A stretch of DNA of 64,000 nucleotides from an uncultured virus (IMG/VR IMGVR_UViG_3300021957_000020). Lineage: Duplodnaviria > Heunggongvirae > Uroviricota > Caudoviricetes. Positions 34,463-43,606 of the stretch are shown here, one piece after another; the first letter of the stretch is position 1; each line of letters starts with the position of its first letter. The notes beneath the pieces are model-generated. The model saw nothing but the letters and a program-made list of their open reading frames with translations, ran no database searches and was not told the DNA's origin. Location: the IMG/VR virus record IMGVR_UViG_3300021957_000020. One strand, given 5' to 3'. Position numbers and translations under genes: made by a program.

Positions 34463-35371
34463 ATGTCATTAGACAACTTAAAGAGCATGCGAGGCTCATC
34501 AATCGATAAACTCGTAAAAGCAGCGGAAGCGGTATCAACAGCCAAAACAGAATCTAACAGCTATGCTGACGATAGGTTTTGGAAACCGTCTCGAGATAAA
34601 GCAGGAAACGGTTACGCCGTAGTCAGATTCCTACCAGCTAAAGAAGGTGAAGATCTTCCTTGGGTAAGGTATTGGGATCATGGGTTCAAAGGACCTACTG
34701 GCTTATGGTACATCGAAAACTCTTTAACATCCATTGGACAACCAGATCCAGTCAGTGAATCAAATGGTTTACTTTGGAACTCTGGACGTGATGAAGATAA
34801 AGCTCTCGCAAGAGAAAGGAAAAGAAGACTGCACTATGTATCAAATGTGCTAGTTGTATCTGATCCTGATAATCCTCAAAATGAAGGTAAAGTATATCTT
34901 TATAAATTTGGTAAAAAGATCTTTGATAAGATTATGGACGTCATGCAACCTCAGTTCGCTGATGAAGAACCAGTAAATCCTTACGATTTCTGGGAAGGCG
35001 CTGACTTCAAGATCAAAATCAGAAAAGTAGAAGGGTGGGTCAACTATGACAAATCAGAATTCTCTTCAGCTTCTGCCTTACACGGTGGAGATGAAGCAAG
35101 ACTTACTGAAGTCTATGATAGAATCTATTCTTTACAAGAGTTCTTAGAGCCAAACAACTATAAGACTTATGATGAGCTATCGATGAAACTCAACAAGGTA
35201 TTAGGTATCAATGCAGGTCATGCACCAGCAGCTGATCCTTATGCTGCAACGCCAACAGCTCCGGCTCCAACGTTAACAGCAGACGATAATCCTTTTGAAG
35301 AAGTTCCAGCCGACAATTCATCCGAGGATGATACGTTAAGTTATTTTGCGAAACTCGCTAAGGAATCTTAA
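34463..35371 (+). CDS. gp32: Single-stranded DNA-binding protein gp32
   Basis: DDRFWKP.DKAGNGYAVVRFLP, WYIENSLT, KFGKKIFDKI, NYDKSEF, acidic tail. Confidence 0.97.
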   Translation: MSLDNLKSMRGSSIDKLVKAAEAVSTAKTESNSYADDRFWKPSRDKAGNGYAVVRFLPAKEGEDLPWVRYWDHGFKGPTGLWYIENSLTSIGQPDPVSESNGLLWNSGRDEDKALARERKRRLHYVSNVLVVSDPDNPQNEGKVYLYKFGKKIFDKIMDVMQPQFADEEPVNPYDFWEGADFKIKIRKVEGWVNYDKSEFSSASALHGGDEARLTEVYDRIYSLQEFLEPNNYKTYDELSMKLNKVLGINAGHAPAADPYAATPTAPAPTLTADDNPFEEVPADNSSEDDTLSYFAKLAKES

Positions 35372-35403
35372 TTTGAATTAAAAAACTTCACCACAGTTTT
35401 TTC

Positions 35404-35433
35404 AGGGACTCTTAAAGGTGAGTCCCTTTTTTT
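35404..35433 (+). terminator. Rho-independent terminator at the convergence of gene 32 and the tail block
   Basis: AGGGACTC/GAGTCCCT stem followed by T-run. Confidence 0.85.
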
Positions 35434-37123
35434 ATCTGTTAGTTAGACCAGTGGATATAGAATCAACAGCTGGCGGCGTAGTGATAACATAATTATCGCC
35501 CATTTTAGTTGAATTGTTTGTTGTTGCAACTGCGTTTACTATTTCAGCTGGTGTTGGACCAGCAGCTCTTTCTTCAGCTTTTAATTCAGTTGATTGTTTG
35601 TTAAGGTTTTCTCCTTTTTGAGATGCTGCATTTTTATTTTCTACATTCTGAATTGCTTCATCTACACCAGTATCCATTGTAAGTTTACCTTTAAATGACC
35701 TAATACCTGCAGCAATATCATCGCCTTTAAATGGTATTTTTTCTGCTAATTTTGCCAAGCCTTCTAATAATAATCGGATTGGAGCTGTTAATGTATTGAA
35801 TATTGTACCAACTAAGACTTTAATCATTCTACCAAAGTCAAACGATCCTGTTTCGTCAAGCATAGCATTAAAGAAACCTAGAACTGTATTTTTAATTTTA
35901 TCAAACATACTACCAATAAGTCCTGCAATGCTAAATGATGCAAGCGTTTCTTTAAATCCATCAAATCCTAGTTTACCTGCTATAAAACCAACAGCTGATT
36001 TTAATAAGTCAAGTGGTATACCAATAAGTCCTACAACTGCTCCTTTAAGACCACCGATGACTCCAGCAAATAGCTTAGTGAAAAACCCACCTTCTTGCTT
36101 AGTAAACCCGTCTATCGATCCTTTGATTGCATCAACAGCAGTAAGAAGTATAGTAAGAGGCAAGAATAATCTACCAAGTACTCGACCAACTCCTTGGAAT
36201 GCTGTAAATACAGTCTTAAAGAAACTACCTAAACTTTTAAGTACTCCACCTGCGCTTTTAGCGCCTTTTGCAGTACTCTTTGCTGTATCGCTAACAAGTC
36301 CAAATTGTTTACCTATATCGCTAAAAGCTTTACCAGCGTCTGCAAAAGCTCCTGTTATAAAAGCAACACCTTTACCAAATACACTTCCAATAGTTTTAAA
36401 AAATCCACCGACTTTCGAAGACATAGCAGTAATGCTACCTCTTATTCCTTTAGTAGCATTCATAAAGATATTCTTTTTAAGAGTAAATGCTTTAGTAACT
36501 CTACCAAAGAAATTGGCTGTAGACATTAGAATACCAGCCTTAAATGTTTTAAGACCTTTTGTGCCCATTGTAAATGATGCTTTAAACCGTTTAAAGAATT
36601 CAGCGAGAGGTTTAGTTATACTATTTGTAAATGCAGTTTTAACAAATTTAGGAACAAGCTTCTTTAAAGCAAGACCTAATCCTTTTACAAAGAGCGTTAT
36701 AGCATCTGCAATACCAAGTATAAAACCTTGTAAAACAGCTCCTATAGCTATTACTATACCACCTACAATTCCAGCTGCAACTTCACCAGGACCTTCAAGC
36801 TTATCGCCAGATTTCTCTGTGTTTTCAGATATCTCTCCAAGTAGCTTTAAAGTCTCTTCAGCTCTTTTATTAGCTTCTTTTTGAGCTTCAATATCATCAA
36901 ATTTATTGCCAGCTAGCTGATCAGCCAAGTCTTGCATTGCTTTTAATGAATCGCCTTGTAGGTTATGACTTTTATCGGCCATGACCATAGCCATTTGAGC
37001 TTGTAATTGGGCAGAGTCCTTTGTTGCTTTACTGACTTCAGCTTGCTCTTTAAGTGTATCTGTTAGAATTTCGAAACCAGACTTTTCAGCCAATGGTTTC
37101 TTTGTTTTCTTTTCCTCTGCCAT
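35432..37123 (-). CDS. Tape-measure/baseplate hub protein (gp29-like)
   Basis: 563 aa, helical, G/A/F/K amphipathic repeats with hydrophobic segments; position downstream of gp26/gp51. Confidence 0.65.
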   Translation of the reverse strand: MAEEKKTKKPLAEKSGFEILTDTLKEQAEVSKATKDSAQLQAQMAMVMADKSHNLQGDSLKAMQDLADQLAGNKFDDIEAQKEANKRAEETLKLLGEISENTEKSGDKLEGPGEVAAGIVGGIVIAIGAVLQGFILGIADAITLFVKGLGLALKKLVPKFVKTAFTNSITKPLAEFFKRFKASFTMGTKGLKTFKAGILMSTANFFGRVTKAFTLKKNIFMNATKGIRGSITAMSSKVGGFFKTIGSVFGKGVAFITGAFADAGKAFSDIGKQFGLVSDTAKSTAKGAKSAGGVLKSLGSFFKTVFTAFQGVGRVLGRLFLPLTILLTAVDAIKGSIDGFTKQEGGFFTKLFAGVIGGLKGAVVGLIGIPLDLLKSAVGFIAGKLGFDGFKETLASFSIAGLIGSMFDKIKNTVLGFFNAMLDETGSFDFGRMIKVLVGTIFNTLTAPIRLLLEGLAKLAEKIPFKGDDIAAGIRSFKGKLTMDTGVDEAIQNVENKNAASQKGENLNKQSTELKAEERAAGPTPAEIVNAVATTNNSTKMGDNYVITTPPAVDSISTGLTNR

Positions 37124-37133
37124 TTTTTATTCC

Positions 37134-37508
37134 TTATTTACCGAATGCTTTACCAGCTTCGCTGATGCCGAATGCGCCAAGTGTTACTACAACAAATGAT
37201 GTATAAATTGTGTCTGATATAAGTAAATCTTGTCCCATAAATGCTGTGACTAAATCACACATTCCAAAGACTACCATAAGTCCAAAGGATATAAATCCAA
37301 TGATTGCTTTCTCATTGAGAATGTTATCATCTAGAAATAAGTCCATAAACTTATGTTTAGGTGGTGAGAGCTGATTCTTAGCACGAATCGCTTCATCTTT
37401 CATTTCTTTAATTTGATCTTCTTGCTCATCGAGCTTTTCGATCATTGCCATATACTTATCTAAGTCAATCTCGACTTCGTTTCTGCTGTTATCTGTATTT
37501 TCAGCCAT
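37134..37508 (-). CDS. Coiled-coil plus two-TM membrane protein
   Basis: NEKAIIGFISF...VTLGAFGISE. Confidence 0.7.
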   Translation of the reverse strand: MAENTDNSRNEVEIDLDKYMAMIEKLDEQEDQIKEMKDEAIRAKNQLSPPKHKFMDLFLDDNILNEKAIIGFISFGLMVVFGMCDLVTAFMGQDLLISDTIYTSFVVVTLGAFGISEAGKAFGK

Positions 37509-37510
37509 TA

Positions 37511-37645
37511 TTATCTCCTATTTTCATTTTTAATTCTTTCATTCTCTTCTTTAATATACTCTTGTAAGAGTGATATATAAATCTCCCTCTCCCACGGTAT
37601 CATATTATCAAGTTCAGTCAAACTATAATTATGGTGTTGCATCAT
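37511..37645 (-). CDS. gp51: Baseplate hub assembly protein gp51-like (not in ORF track; possibly made as a frameshift fusion with gp26)
   Basis: MMQHHNYSLTELDNMIPWEREIYISLL; frame is open upstream into the gp26 3' end. Confidence 0.8.
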   Translation of the reverse strand: MMQHHNYSLTELDNMIPWEREIYISLLQEYIKEENERIKNENRR

Positions 37646-37692
37646 TGCAAAATTAGTCTTATAGTGATTGACTAAACTCTCATGCGAGAGGC

Positions 37693-38394
37693 CTATGTAA
37701 AAAAACTTTGTAAGCCTTTTAACTCCATATGATTTGCCTTATTACATGTTGGACAATCATAGTGTAAATCATGTTTTAATGCCGGCATATCTTCAAAATA
37801 TGTAGACATCTTTTTAAACTGATCACTATTTAAATTCTCCAAAAAGTCATTCATTTCTTTTTCAGTTACGTTAGATGCATCATGTACTGCATCATCGTCA
37901 AAGATAGTATCGATACAGTCTGCGATCATTTTAAATGCTCCATCAACTGTGTCTATATCATCTCCCATGTTTGAAACCATTTCAAACGAAGGGTACCTTA
38001 GTGTAACACCAACTGTTTCAGTCAACATGACTACATTATCAGTGTTTACTTGTGGTGGAACTATCTCATCAACGTTAATTAAAACATCAACTAATCCTTC
38101 ACACTCACTGCACTTAATTTTTAAATCCATATTTTCACCAACGGATTTAGATCTTAGTGCTAAAAACAAACATTCAATATCAAATACTGCTAATTTGTTT
38201 ACATTAATGTCATCAAACGTACATAGTTCAATAACATCTTTAATTGCTCTCATGATCATCTTTTGATCTTGAGATTCCAATGCCAACATAAGAATCTTTT
38301 CCTCTTTTACAAGGTAAGGTCTATATGATATAGTCTTACCTAAGGAAGGAATCGTTGTCTCATACCTAGCACTGTTTAGCTGTGGTAAAGCCAT
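37693..38394 (-). CDS. gp26: Baseplate hub assembly chaperone gp26
   Basis: MALP...YRPYLVKEEKIL...LRSKSVGE...CSEC...LRYP...CPTC...GLQSFF. Confidence 0.9.
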   Translation of the reverse strand: MALPQLNSARYETTIPSLGKTISYRPYLVKEEKILMLALESQDQKMIMRAIKDVIELCTFDDINVNKLAVFDIECLFLALRSKSVGENMDLKIKCSECEGLVDVLINVDEIVPPQVNTDNVVMLTETVGVTLRYPSFEMVSNMGDDIDTVDGAFKMIADCIDTIFDDDAVHDASNVTEKEMNDFLENLNSDQFKKMSTYFEDMPALKHDLHYDCPTCNKANHMELKGLQSFFT

Positions 38395-38412
38395 AATATT
38401 TCTCCTATTATA

Positions 38413-39051
38413 TTATCCAAAAATAGATAACGCACTTCTTAATGCGCTACCTGTACTACTTACCGGACCTTCCGGAGTAGCCTTATCATAACTAAAGCTC
38501 ACATTTACTGTTTGAACTGTATTTTCATTCTCGTTAGATAATTCAATATCAGAAACAGTGGTAGGAAATGCTCCCTCAAGTTTTACACCATATATTGGCG
38601 TATTTTGCTCATCCAACTGCTGTATTATTACATCAGTCGTAATGTCTTTTTTATATGCTACTTTGTATGTGTCCATATCGACTACAGATCCTATCCAAGA
38701 ATCTAATACAGTTTTCATATAATAATCATTAGTTAAAAGAAACGTACATGTTACATCATCGTGTAATTCGCCATACGGTATCTTTATTGTTTGTTTTTGT
38801 GCCTGGTAATCTATAGTAGCTATCTGTTTGCCTGGTATGACAACTGATGTGCATAACATTGATATATCTCTTGGATCATTTATTAAGTTTCTTGCGCTAA
38901 AATTACCAGATATAGCTGAACTTATAATCTGTTGAGGATCTAAATTTAATAAAGATTGAGTAGGCGGAGTAAAGATAACGTTAAATCTATTAGAGCGAGC
39001 CAATCCACCTTTTTTTGCTATAGTTGCTTTTAAATCTTCTATTGTTGCCAT
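38413..39051 (-). CDS. Tail-tube-fold protein (gp54/gp19-like tube initiator)
   Basis: GGLARSNRF...LCTSVVIPG...IQQLDE...KLEGAFPTTV...VSFSY. Confidence 0.75.
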   Translation of the reverse strand: MATIEDLKATIAKKGGLARSNRFNVIFTPPTQSLLNLDPQQIISSAISGNFSARNLINDPRDISMLCTSVVIPGKQIATIDYQAQKQTIKIPYGELHDDVTCTFLLTNDYYMKTVLDSWIGSVVDMDTYKVAYKKDITTDVIIQQLDEQNTPIYGVKLEGAFPTTVSDIELSNENENTVQTVNVSFSYDKATPEGPVSSTGSALRSALSIFG

Positions 39052-39638
39052 TAGTTTCTCGCGATTTTAAGACTTTCCTGCCAAATTGCAGTCTTACTTT
39101 TCTTTTTAAATTGTTCTATTGGTAAAAATATAGCGATCTCCCAATCAGTCATTGGTACTCTTGCGAATTGAGATACTACATGCTTACCTAAATAATGCTT
39201 AAAGCATGGTTTAAATTCTTTATATTTTTTAACTCCACTTATTACACTATATCTTAATTTTGTAATTCGACTATTTTCTTTTGCTTTTGCTGGTCCTAAT
39301 GCCATAAGCTCATCAAGAAACGCTGCTCTTACGTTATAATTTAAGTAGTGTAAGTTTAAACCGTAGAATCCGTTAGGAGCTGGATCGATCATGATCGTTA
39401 AGGGAAATCTATCGTAATAAGGAAGAGTTGCTTTATGTTTTGGATCGTAGAAGTACATGTACATATTCCCACGTATATTTCTACTTGTTCTCTCTAAAGC
39501 GTCGTCTTTAAGTAAGCTTGCACGAGATACTTGAAGATTCTTTACGTTCTTTTGAAACCATTTTTGAGATTCTTTTGTACGTGCAGTTACTCCAGCTCTC
39601 TGAGCTCCTGCTTGTAGTGTATCAAATAAACTTGCCAT
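39051..39638 (-). CDS. gp2: DNA end protector gp2
   Basis: MYMYFYDPKHKATLPYYDRFPL, GLNLHYL, PCFKHYL, WEIAIFLP. Confidence 0.93.
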   Translation of the reverse strand: MASLFDTLQAGAQRAGVTARTKESQKWFQKNVKNLQVSRASLLKDDALERTSRNIRGNMYMYFYDPKHKATLPYYDRFPLTIMIDPAPNGFYGLNLHYLNYNVRAAFLDELMALGPAKAKENSRITKLRYSVISGVKKYKEFKPCFKHYLGKHVVSQFARVPMTDWEIAIFLPIEQFKKKSKTAIWQESLKIARN

Positions 39639-39643
39639 ACTGT

Positions 39644-39651
39644 TATTTATA
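39644..39651 (-). promoter_or_regulatory. Late promoter for gene 2 block
   Basis: TATAAATA on the minus strand. Confidence 0.75.
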
Positions 39652-39656
39652 AAGAA

Positions 39657-40097
39657 TTAGAGTATCTTTATGCCTAAATTTTTAAGAGTTTCTTCTGTCC
39701 ATACTTGAAACTTCCATCCCTTATGTTCAGCAAACTCTTGAGCTGCTTCCCACTTAGATATATTTTTTGCGTATGTAGTCACTTCATTAATATATTTTTT
39801 AGTCTTACGACTACGTTTCTTAGGTGGCTGTGTTTGTCCTTTAGGTTTAATTTCAACAAGATAAGTTTTTTTATCTTCCATTTGTATGAAAAGATCGACA
39901 AAATACCTATGAAGTCTATTATCTGTCTTACATTTATAGGGTACAACTACCTCTTCTGAGTTCCACATCTTTACTTTAGGATTGCTTTCACACCATTTAA
40001 ACGCTTGTCTTTCCCATAAAGATCGATATACTACCTTCGCTGGATTGCCGGCGTATTTTTCTGGATGCTTTATTTTGTATTTACCACTGTAACTCAT
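39657..40097 (-). CDS. gp4: Head completion nuclease gp4
   Basis: YRSLWE, WNSEEVVVPY, HRYFVD, VEIKP, KWEAA, WTE. Confidence 0.93.
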   Translation of the reverse strand: MSYSGKYKIKHPEKYAGNPAKVVYRSLWERQAFKWCESNPKVKMWNSEEVVVPYKCKTDNRLHRYFVDLFIQMEDKKTYLVEIKPKGQTQPPKKRSRKTKKYINEVTTYAKNISKWEAAQEFAEHKGWKFQVWTEETLKNLGIKIL

Positions 40098-40128
40098 ATA
40101 AATAACTCTATAGTTTAATTTATTTATA
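40097..40128. promoter_or_regulatory. Pair of opposed late promoters for divergent genes 48 and 4
   Basis: TATAAATA (+) at 40097-40104 and TATAAATA (-) at 40121-40128. Confidence 0.75.
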
Positions 40129-40140
40129 CAGGTAAGAAGT

Positions 40141-40968
40141 ATGGCTGAAAACCAAACAACAACAGAAGAAAGTGGTAAGGAAGAGAAAAGAACGCAAGAG
40201 ACGTATATTTTTCCAAGTAGTTTAAGAGCTGATGCAGATAACGGCCACCCATGCGTACAATTTAAAGTAATGCAGCCAGCAAATACTACTCAAGACGTTA
40301 ATATATTTTTATATCAGCCATCAGGTGTTTCAGTTATTGACGGAGCAAGCTATACCAATTTAGATATGGGTCTTTTAGGAGCTGCTTCAGGTTTAGCAGA
40401 CTCAGGAGGTAAGACTAAATTTACACAATCAGATGCAGTGGCTGCAGGATTACTTGGTAAAGACGCAGTAGCATCTTTTACTGGGCTTGATATTGCAAAA
40501 GGAGGAGCTGTTGGAGCTTTAAAGTCAGGAGTTGCAGCTAATCCATATACCAGAGTAGCATTTGAAGGTACATCATTAAGAACTTTCGAATTTAATTTTA
40601 AATTAGTAGCTGAAAGCGCAGAAGAAACAGAAATAGCTAAGAAGATAGAAAGAACTTTTAGAAAATTCTTATATCCTGAGAGAGCTGGAGCAATTGCTCT
40701 TGCATATCCACCACTCTTTCAAATAACGTACTTCACAAATGGTGAGGAAAGTCTCTATATGCCTAGAATTAAACCATCATATTTAACATCATTAACAACA
40801 ACATTCAACGAATCGACTAATGCTGTATTTCAAGGGACAGGAGCTCCTATTGAAATAACATTAGCTCTTTCATTCCAAGAAGAACGTCAATTAGTACGTC
40901 AAGATCTCTATACAAACAATAGCGATATCGATGAAAGAAAAGGCGGATACTTTGATGGAGGTACTTAA
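40141..40968 (+). CDS. gp48: Baseplate tail-tube cap gp48
   Basis: NPYTRVAFEGTSLRTFEFNFKL...GAPIEITLALSFQE; synteny. Confidence 0.8.
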   Translation: MAENQTTTEESGKEEKRTQETYIFPSSLRADADNGHPCVQFKVMQPANTTQDVNIFLYQPSGVSVIDGASYTNLDMGLLGAASGLADSGGKTKFTQSDAVAAGLLGKDAVASFTGLDIAKGGAVGALKSGVAANPYTRVAFEGTSLRTFEFNFKLVAESAEETEIAKKIERTFRKFLYPERAGAIALAYPPLFQITYFTNGEESLYMPRIKPSYLTSLTTTFNESTNAVFQGTGAPIEITLALSFQEERQLVRQDLYTNNSDIDERKGGYFDGGT

Positions 40969-40970
40969 TC

Positions 40971-41783
40971 ATGGCATTTTTTAAACAATTTCCAAAAATA
41001 GAGTATGACTTTAATCGTACAGGTATTAAACAAAACATGGTAGATCTTTTTAGATCAGTAAGGCCTTTACCTTCTTTTTTAGATAACTATTCAGCTTATA
41101 AATTTTATGAAGTAAAAAATGGCGAAAGACCTGATATTGTATCACAACGACTGTATGGTACATCACAATACTATTGGACTTTCTTTGTAGTTAACGATTT
41201 TTTACATGATGGTATGAGAGCCTGGCCTATGAGTCAAGAAGATATTTTTACATTTATTGAAAAAGAGTATGAAGGATATGTAATTGAAACAAATCCGGTG
41301 ATAACTCGTGACACTGACGGGCTTATAACTGATCATAGGAATAGTCTATCAGGGCGGTTTACACTCGGAGAGACAGTTACAGGTGCTACAAGTTCAGCAA
41401 CTGGTACACTTACAGTTAAAAATGCTGATCTTTCTCAACTCGTAGTACAAAATGTTACTGGCGGAGCGTTTATTGGAAGCGCTTTAGGCCAAGCAACGAC
41501 TGAATTAGTCGTAGGTCAAACATCAGGAGATTCAGTATCTACTTATAATGTATACAAATATGCAGAAGCTCCATACTATTATCATCTTACAAACGATGCT
41601 CTTAAAAAACCAGTAACAAATGCGAATCATATTGTTGGTGGCGTTGATGCATTAGACCTATCATATGTAAGTAACAGACAGCACGTCATTGATGAGAATG
41701 ATGAACATTCACAAATCAGATATGTCGATCCAGCTTATATCGATGAGTTCGTTAATAATTTTGAAGAACTTCTAAATGAGTAA
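40971..41783 (+). CDS. gp53: Baseplate wedge protein gp53
   Basis: FFKQFPKIEY, GERPDIVSQRLYG...YYW...WPMS. Confidence 0.88.
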   Translation: MAFFKQFPKIEYDFNRTGIKQNMVDLFRSVRPLPSFLDNYSAYKFYEVKNGERPDIVSQRLYGTSQYYWTFFVVNDFLHDGMRAWPMSQEDIFTFIEKEYEGYVIETNPVITRDTDGLITDHRNSLSGRFTLGETVTGATSSATGTLTVKNADLSQLVVQNVTGGAFIGSALGQATTELVVGQTSGDSVSTYNVYKYAEAPYYYHLTNDALKKPVTNANHIVGGVDALDLSYVSNRQHVIDENDEHSQIRYVDPAYIDEFVNNFEELLNE

Positions 41784-43116
41784 GAATTATAACTTAGAGG
41801 TCAATAGAATGGCCGCAACGCCGAAAGCTTATAAAGTAAGTAAGGCAGATTTTCATTCGAATCAAGGATTAATTGTAAAGATAGGCGGTATTATAAAAGA
41901 TATTAAAGTAAAAGAGAGTCTCTATACGTCATCTCTTGTTGTAGATCTTTTTATTTTAGATAGTATTCCTTTAATAGATTATTTAAAAATTGCTGGTAAC
42001 GAAAAGATTGAGTTAGTTATTGAAAGAAGAGATATAAAAAGTAAAGTAAATAAACAATTTAAATTAGAAGTATACATAGCAGAGGTAAGAGACTATAGTA
42101 CTCCAACTCCGTCATCAAAAGCTTACACACTACATTGTGTATCAAAGCATGCTTACATTAATAATGTAAAAGTTCTTACACAATCATTTAATAATACTCC
42201 AAGTTTTTTAATTAATTCTATCGTAACAGGACCGTTAAGTAGTAAAATTGATATACGTAATCCTTCAACGACTCCTATTAAAGGTATCTACCCTAGAATA
42301 CGTCCATTAGCAGCAATCTCTTGGCTACTTCGTAATGCATATGAGGACTCAACTCCCAGTTATTTTTACGAAACTGCAAAAAGCGGATTAGTTTTTGATT
42401 CATATAAAAAAATATTAGAAAAAAAAGTATACGATACGTATGATAATAATCCTAATTATAAAGAAACATCGCAAAATTCGATAGAAGAACTTTATGAAGA
42501 GGAAAGAAAAAAAATTCAGAAGATTTTAGGACAAACTTTAAATCTTTCTAAATATAATGCATCAGCTGCTGGAGCATTTGGATCAACTCTTCATAAAATT
42601 GATATATATGATAAGTCTTCTTCAACAGTTGATTATTCATATAACGAAAGAATTAATAAATTAAATGATAATGCTCCAATAACAGATAAAATTTTAATAG
42701 ACGGCCAAGCAATAAATAAATTTAAAAAAGGTAAGAATTATTTTGTATCATATAATAGCGGATCTTTTGATTCGATTAAAAATTATCATGCACCAACTGA
42801 TCAGAGTATGTTAAAAGCAGAAGCTTATCATCATAATCTTAATACCGTGAAACAAGAACTCTTATTAACAGGCGATTTTGATTTTGAAGTAGGTATTGTA
42901 ATTAATTTAAAACTTTTAAAATCAGCTGATATTACTCAAGAGATCATAGCAAGCGAAGAAAAAAAGGATGAGACACTGTCAGGAAATCATTTAGTGACAG
43001 GTATTGTACATCATTTTGGTTCTGAAGGCTATTTTATGTCAGTCACAGCGAAAAAAGATTCCTTTATAAGAAAACTTGAAGGTATTAAAGGAGATAAGAA
43101 TGATACAAAGGCATGA
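41776..43116 (+). CDS. Probable baseplate hub protein (gp27-like)
   Basis: Between gp53 and gp5; IAGNEKI, YFYET, LSGNHLVTGIVHHF. Confidence 0.6.
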   Translation: MSKNYNLEVNRMAATPKAYKVSKADFHSNQGLIVKIGGIIKDIKVKESLYTSSLVVDLFILDSIPLIDYLKIAGNEKIELVIERRDIKSKVNKQFKLEVYIAEVRDYSTPTPSSKAYTLHCVSKHAYINNVKVLTQSFNNTPSFLINSIVTGPLSSKIDIRNPSTTPIKGIYPRIRPLAAISWLLRNAYEDSTPSYFYETAKSGLVFDSYKKILEKKVYDTYDNNPNYKETSQNSIEELYEEERKKIQKILGQTLNLSKYNASAAGAFGSTLHKIDIYDKSSSTVDYSYNERINKLNDNAPITDKILIDGQAINKFKKGKNYFVSYNSGSFDSIKNYHAPTDQSMLKAEAYHHNLNTVKQELLLTGDFDFEVGIVINLKLLKSADITQEIIASEEKKDETLSGNHLVTGIVHHFGSEGYFMSVTAKKDSFIRKLEGIKGDKNDTKA

Positions 43117-43606
43117 TGATCAATACATTGGTGGCCAATTCACTTGGTTTACGGGTATTGTAGAGGATATAAATGATGCAGAGAACTTAAATAGAGTTCG
43201 AGTAAGGTGTCTGGGTTGGTATGACGCATCAGTTGCGACATCAGATCTTCCCTGGGCAACAGTTATGATGCCCGTAACATCCGCTTCATTGAAAGGAGTG
43301 GGCGGTAATCATCATTTAGAGGTAGGTTCATGGGTCGTAGGATTCTTTCGTGATGGTCCGAGTGCTCAAGATCCTATGGTAATGGGATCAGTTGCGACAA
43401 AAACAGACGGCGAAAGAGACATACCGTCAGCCGCGTCACCAGATAATAAGATCTATACCTCAAAAGCCGGTCATAAAATAGAAATCGATAACACAGACGG
43501 TGCAGAAGAAGTTCGAATTACTCATGGTAAGAAGGCTTCGTATATCAAAATCGATAAAGACGGACTGATAGAGATCAAATCTACTGTTAAAACAAGAATC
43601 ATCTAA
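43100..43606 (+). CDS. gp5: Short central spike protein gp5 (OB fold plus short beta region, no lysozyme)
   Basis: WFTGIVED...RVRVRC...LPWA...GSWVVGFFRDG..AQDPMVMG; SKAGHKIEID. Confidence 0.85.
   Translation: MIQRHDDQYIGGQFTWFTGIVEDINDAENLNRVRVRCLGWYDASVATSDLPWATVMMPVTSASLKGVGGNHHLEVGSWVVGFFRDGPSAQDPMVMGSVATKTDGERDIPSAASPDNKIYTSKAGHKIEIDNTDGAEEVRITHGKKASYIKIDKDGLIEIKSTVKTRII

Noticed and set aside
35796..36884. 362-aa plus-strand ORF antisense to the tape-measure-like gene
   Set aside because: Shadow frame of a G/A/F/K-biased gene; no RBS or promoter, lies downstream of a terminator, composition mirrors the antisense codons
39657..40097. TnsA-like transposase
   Set aside because: Same fold, but sequence and synteny identify it as head completion protein gp4
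10081..43099. Upstream-extended starts in the ORF track (e.g. 10081, 10988, 12168, 20863, 21798, 27910, 33371, 43076)
   Set aside because: Later starts fit RBS position, gene coupling and family N-termini better; coordinates were adjusted in the feature list
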